Shown: piece by piece, positions 62,301-64,000 of the stretch | How the letters are laid out: every line of letters begins with the position of its first letter | Position numbering within the stretch: position 1 is the stretch's first letter | Assembly (NCBI RefSeq): GCF_014748335.1 | Contig: NZ_JAAVIY010000002.1 | Location: 162,840-226,839 of the forward strand | Length of the DNA stretch: 64,000 bases | Source: Flavobacterium selenitireducens | GTDB taxonomy: Bacteria; Bacteroidota; Bacteroidia; Flavobacteriales; Flavobacteriaceae | Direction: 5' to 3' | The notes under the pieces: generated by a model | What the model saw: only the letters and a program-made list of their open reading frames with translations | Databases searched by the model: none | Told to the model about the DNA's origin: nothing | Position numbers and translations under genes: made by a program

Positions 62301-64000
62301 TTGGGAACCACTGGAAGCTACCAATGGGGGACGGGAACTGTCGGAAACAATGTCATTACAGGCGAAACAGGTGTTTCCATAACCGTCAGCCCGACCGCGA
62401 CTACAACATACTGGGTGCGCCGCAGGGACGAATCTCCTTGTAACACCACGAGCGGTCATGCTACAAGAACTATCACAATCGTGCCTCCTGCCGCGGGTCC
62501 GACTTCGATAAACGGAGCGCCATCGGCATCTGCCTGCTCGGGATCGACATACACCTTGACAGCGGTCGGAGGTTCGGGATCGAATACGTTCCAATGGGGA
62601 ACGGGAACGGTCGGAACCAACATCATCGCAGGACAGACAGGAGCGACGATCAACGTTTCGCCGACTGTCACCACGACGTATTGGGTAAGAAGAGCGTTGA
62701 CATCGCCTTGTTCCGGATATTCATCTGAAGCGACAACGACGATAAACATAACGGCTCCGGCGGGTAACCCGACCGTATTCGGTGCGAACCAATGGAACGT
62801 TTACGGATATTCCACCGGCGACATCAACCTTGCTACAGCGGTATACGCCGGATATTATGTCTCGTCCGATCTCAACATCGATACGCAAAACGGCACGAAC
62901 AGCTGGAACAATCAAAATTCGCCTTCGAGCGCTGCCGGATGGGTCGGATGTCCGATTCCCGTGGACAACTTTACGTTTGTCTACAAAAGGCGCGGCTTTA
63001 CCTGCGGCACTTACACCTTGGCACTCGCCAATTGGGACGACCAGGTGCGCGTGTTCGTAGACGGCGACCTCGTTTTCAGTTGCGACAACTGGAGCGGAGG
63101 CGGCGGATGCAACAACGGCGTCATCACGGGAAGTTTCAACTTGAGCACGACTTCAACGATTGAAGTGCGCGTCAGGGAAAATGCAGGCGGGGCCAACCTT
63201 AAACTCGATTTCACCAAAACCGACATCGCCTCGACGGCTCCAACGGCGGTAAATGGCGGCACTACATCGTGCGGAGGCGCATCGGTAACACTTACAGCCA
63301 CTGGAGGGACAACAGGAACCAACGGCACTTTTCAATGGGGAACGGGAACTGTCGGAAGCAATATCATTACAGGCGAAACGGCTGCATCAATCACCGTTAC
63401 GCCATCGGTGACGACGACATACTGGGTTCGCCGACGTGACGCGCTTTGCGGATTGACGACCGCTCCGATTTATACTACGATAACAGTCGGAAGCCCGGCA
63501 GTTGCGGGAACATTGAATTCACCGTCGACAATTATCTGCCGCAACGCCATTCCACAGGACATTACTTTATCCGGACATACCGGAAACGTAGTCAAATGGC
63601 AATACGCAACCAATTCAGCGTTTACCGCGGGCGTGACCGACATCGGCAATACAAATGCGACGTTGACATCGGCCCAGATCGGAAACGTTCCGGCCACGAG
63701 ATATTTTCGAGCCGTCGTGCAGAACGCGGGTTGTCCTGAGGTCTACACCGCTCCGGTTGTGATCACGATTTTACCGACTGTAGTATATAACGGGACGTGG
63801 AGCGGAACGCCTACTTCCCAAACGCCGATTACGGTTTCGGCCAATCTCAATATTACATCGACGGTAAACGCGTGTGCCTGCCAGGTGACGAACAACGCGG
63901 TAATTACGGTTCAACCGAATGCCAACCTGATCGTACAGCGCGAGATCATAGTCGAGCAAGGATCTAATATAGTTGTGGAAAATTCCGGAAGCATCGTACA
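59310..64000 (+). CDS. Giant secreted adhesin-like protein, 3'-partial (more than 1560 aa): three PA14-like modules plus about 12 Cys-containing Ig-like repeats
   Basis: Translated by hand in frame 3 from ATG 59310 to the window end with no stop. The supplied ORF track omits it because it has no stop in the window. Signal peptide (ILWVLLGVMIFLFVFAAKAQ). There are three approximately 140-aa modules with the PA14 signature (Y.G...F....RF.M.....GYY....GDDG.R.S.DGG.TW) at roughly 59.40-59.81, 60.42-60.85 and 62.76-63.21 kb. An approximately 95-aa repeat (C.G...TL.A.GG..G..G.YQWGTG..G.N.I.G.TG....V.P..TTTYWVR) recurs between and after them. Confidence 0.8.
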   Translation, partial: MKTNYSKENSAEKILWVLLGVMIFLFVFAAKAQCPGSPPGNPAFYPADSWRGYVYSGLDTNNPPQNAFQASTYRGYVTQSEQFDWDLVNAAPTASTVCGSYPDSFSIRYRMRKNFASGYYLVTIGGDDGVRLSIDGGSTWVMSDWNYHSYQTTTATIYLNGSTDMVLESYDQGGQYHVSFSYSLCPNPSTAPTAITGTTAICAGNSTTLFATGGNISTNGVYQWGTGTVGNNVIAGATGSSITVSPATTTTYWVRRIDPAPCTVTTTAVSQQVTVTAASTAPTSISGNTTICLNNSTTLTATGGTHAPGSVYEWGTGSVIGSNTISGESGASITVSPNTTTTYWVRRINAGNCGRTTAVTVNVNVVPPAGDQVSYGNNAWTGYVYSTINGNNPPTNAFTSTYRGYITQPEQFDMNLGAAALTGANLCEAQPSNFAIRFKMNKVWMAGYYTFTVGGDDGYRFSMDGGATWVLSNWADHSYQSSQTASIFLSGSRDFVIEFYERNGDTRVTFSYVACTNYSTAPTSISGSPSLCNTDGGVTLNAVGGNAANGVQYVWGTGNVIGNNIFNNNGGQSIYVNPNTTTTYWVRRYDPTCNLYTDGVTAVVYKGSTGPWSISGAGTVCANTTTTLTAQGGTPGTGSVYQWGTGNTPGQNVIAGATGATVNVSPAATTTYWVRLVDQGTCPGTNAVFYTLNTYVAPTAPTSITGTSPICAGAGGTTLYAQGATLGSNGQYQWGTGATVGSNAIGGVTSNNMYINPTATTTYWVRAYDPVCNRYTTGVTYSVTVATPSTTPTTLTASSTNVCSGANVTLTASGGTVGTGSVYNWGTGYTVGQNVISGQTGASIVVNPTVQTVYWVRRVDPAPCNTQTQGPTIVINVTTLSSGPTSLSATSPVCSATQTTLTASGATLGSNGQYQFGTGNTPGNNVISTQNGNTFNVNPTITTTYWVRTIDNGCATTSAAVFFTVTVHTASTNVTSVTGLNTICLGSSTTLTANGGALGTTGSYQWGTGTVGNNVITGETGVSITVSPTATTTYWVRRRDESPCNTTSGHATRTITIVPPAAGPTSINGAPSASACSGSTYTLTAVGGSGSNTFQWGTGTVGTNIIAGQTGATINVSPTVTTTYWVRRALTSPCSGYSSEATTTINITAPAGNPTVFGANQWNVYGYSTGDINLATAVYAGYYVSSDLNIDTQNGTNSWNNQNSPSSAAGWVGCPIPVDNFTFVYKRRGFTCGTYTLALANWDDQVRVFVDGDLVFSCDNWSGGGGCNNGVITGSFNLSTTSTIEVRVRENAGGANLKLDFTKTDIASTAPTAVNGGTTSCGGASVTLTATGGTTGTNGTFQWGTGTVGSNIITGETAASITVTPSVTTTYWVRRRDALCGLTTAPIYTTITVGSPAVAGTLNSPSTIICRNAIPQDITLSGHTGNVVKWQYATNSAFTAGVTDIGNTNATLTSAQIGNVPATRYFRAVVQNAGCPEVYTAPVVITILPTVVYNGTWSGTPTSQTPITVSANLNITSTVNACACQVTNNAVITVQPNANLIVQREIIVEQGSNIVVENSGSIV

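Noticed and set aside
1-64000. CRISPR arrays, rRNA operons, IS elements, integrases and transposases.
   Set aside because: I found no regularly spaced short direct repeats with unique spacers, no rRNA-like conserved stretches, no DDE/tyrosine-recombinase-like ORFs and no terminal inverted repeats.

Overview
This 64-kb window looks like a Bacteroidota chromosome segment at roughly 50% GC that mixes housekeeping genes with accessory genes. The phylum call rests on five sequence features: T9SS type-A and type-B C-terminal sorting domains; an SprB-repeat mega-adhesin followed by PorP/SprF; SusC-less glycoside hydrolases; Bacteroidota-style lipoprotein signals; and a TPR/HisKA_3 sensor kinase with a LuxR-type regulator. 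Genes are described from their 5' ends unless stated.

In order along the window:
- 1-4.6 kb: a partial RND (AcrB-like) efflux permease and an outer-membrane factor lipoprotein.
- 4.7-9.0 kb: a GH88 unsaturated glucuronyl hydrolase, a GH2 beta-glucuronidase and a secreted hypothetical protein, co-directional and tightly packed.
- 9.0-10.3 kb: a membrane-anchored hypothetical protein, a direct-repeat/structured intergenic element, and a tiny polyproline lipoprotein.
- 10.3-13.5 kb: a two-component system whose last gene overlaps a secreted EEP-family nuclease/phosphatase.
- 13.5-15.6 kb: an orphan HsdR_N-like PD-(D/E)xK protein and two small secreted proteins.
- 15.7-23.5 kb: a 2233-aa SprB-like gliding-type adhesin with its PorP/SprF partner.
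- 23.8-26.0 kb: three hypothetical genes.
- 26.0-35.8 kb: the most unusual block, a minus-strand operon of five genes. Its 5' gene is a small hypothetical; then come a PspA/IM30 family protein, an NfeD/YqiJ-like membrane protein, a flotillin-like SPFH protein, and a 1618-aa protein whose only recognisable catalytic module is a C-terminal AAA_5 ATPase. The operon is divergently paired with an XRE-HTH/S24-peptidase-like regulator.
- 35.9-36.2 kb: tRNA-Arg(CCT) and tRNA-Asn(GTT) on the minus strand.
- 36.3-37.6 kb: RseP.
- 37.8-42.1 kb: a five-gene oxidoreductase operon.
- 42.2-50.3 kb: a T9SS-secreted M1 aminopeptidase, serS, a TPR protein, a DUF4286-like gene, rsmA/ksgA and mgtE.
- 50.5-52.5 kb: a proline-rich secreted hypothetical and a 2-hydroxyacid dehydrogenase-VOC fusion.
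- 52.6-55.2 kb: two small membrane proteins and an OlsF-like bifunctional acyltransferase.
- 55.4-58.9 kb: xth, an OmpA-family lipoprotein and a T9SS-secreted PQQ-type dehydrogenase.
- 59.3-64.0 kb: a second giant adhesin ORF (more than 1560 aa so far). It is open at the window end, so it is absent from the supplied ORF track. It has three PA14-like modules and about 12 Cys-containing Ig-like repeats.

No rRNA, CRISPR array, integrase or transposase was seen.
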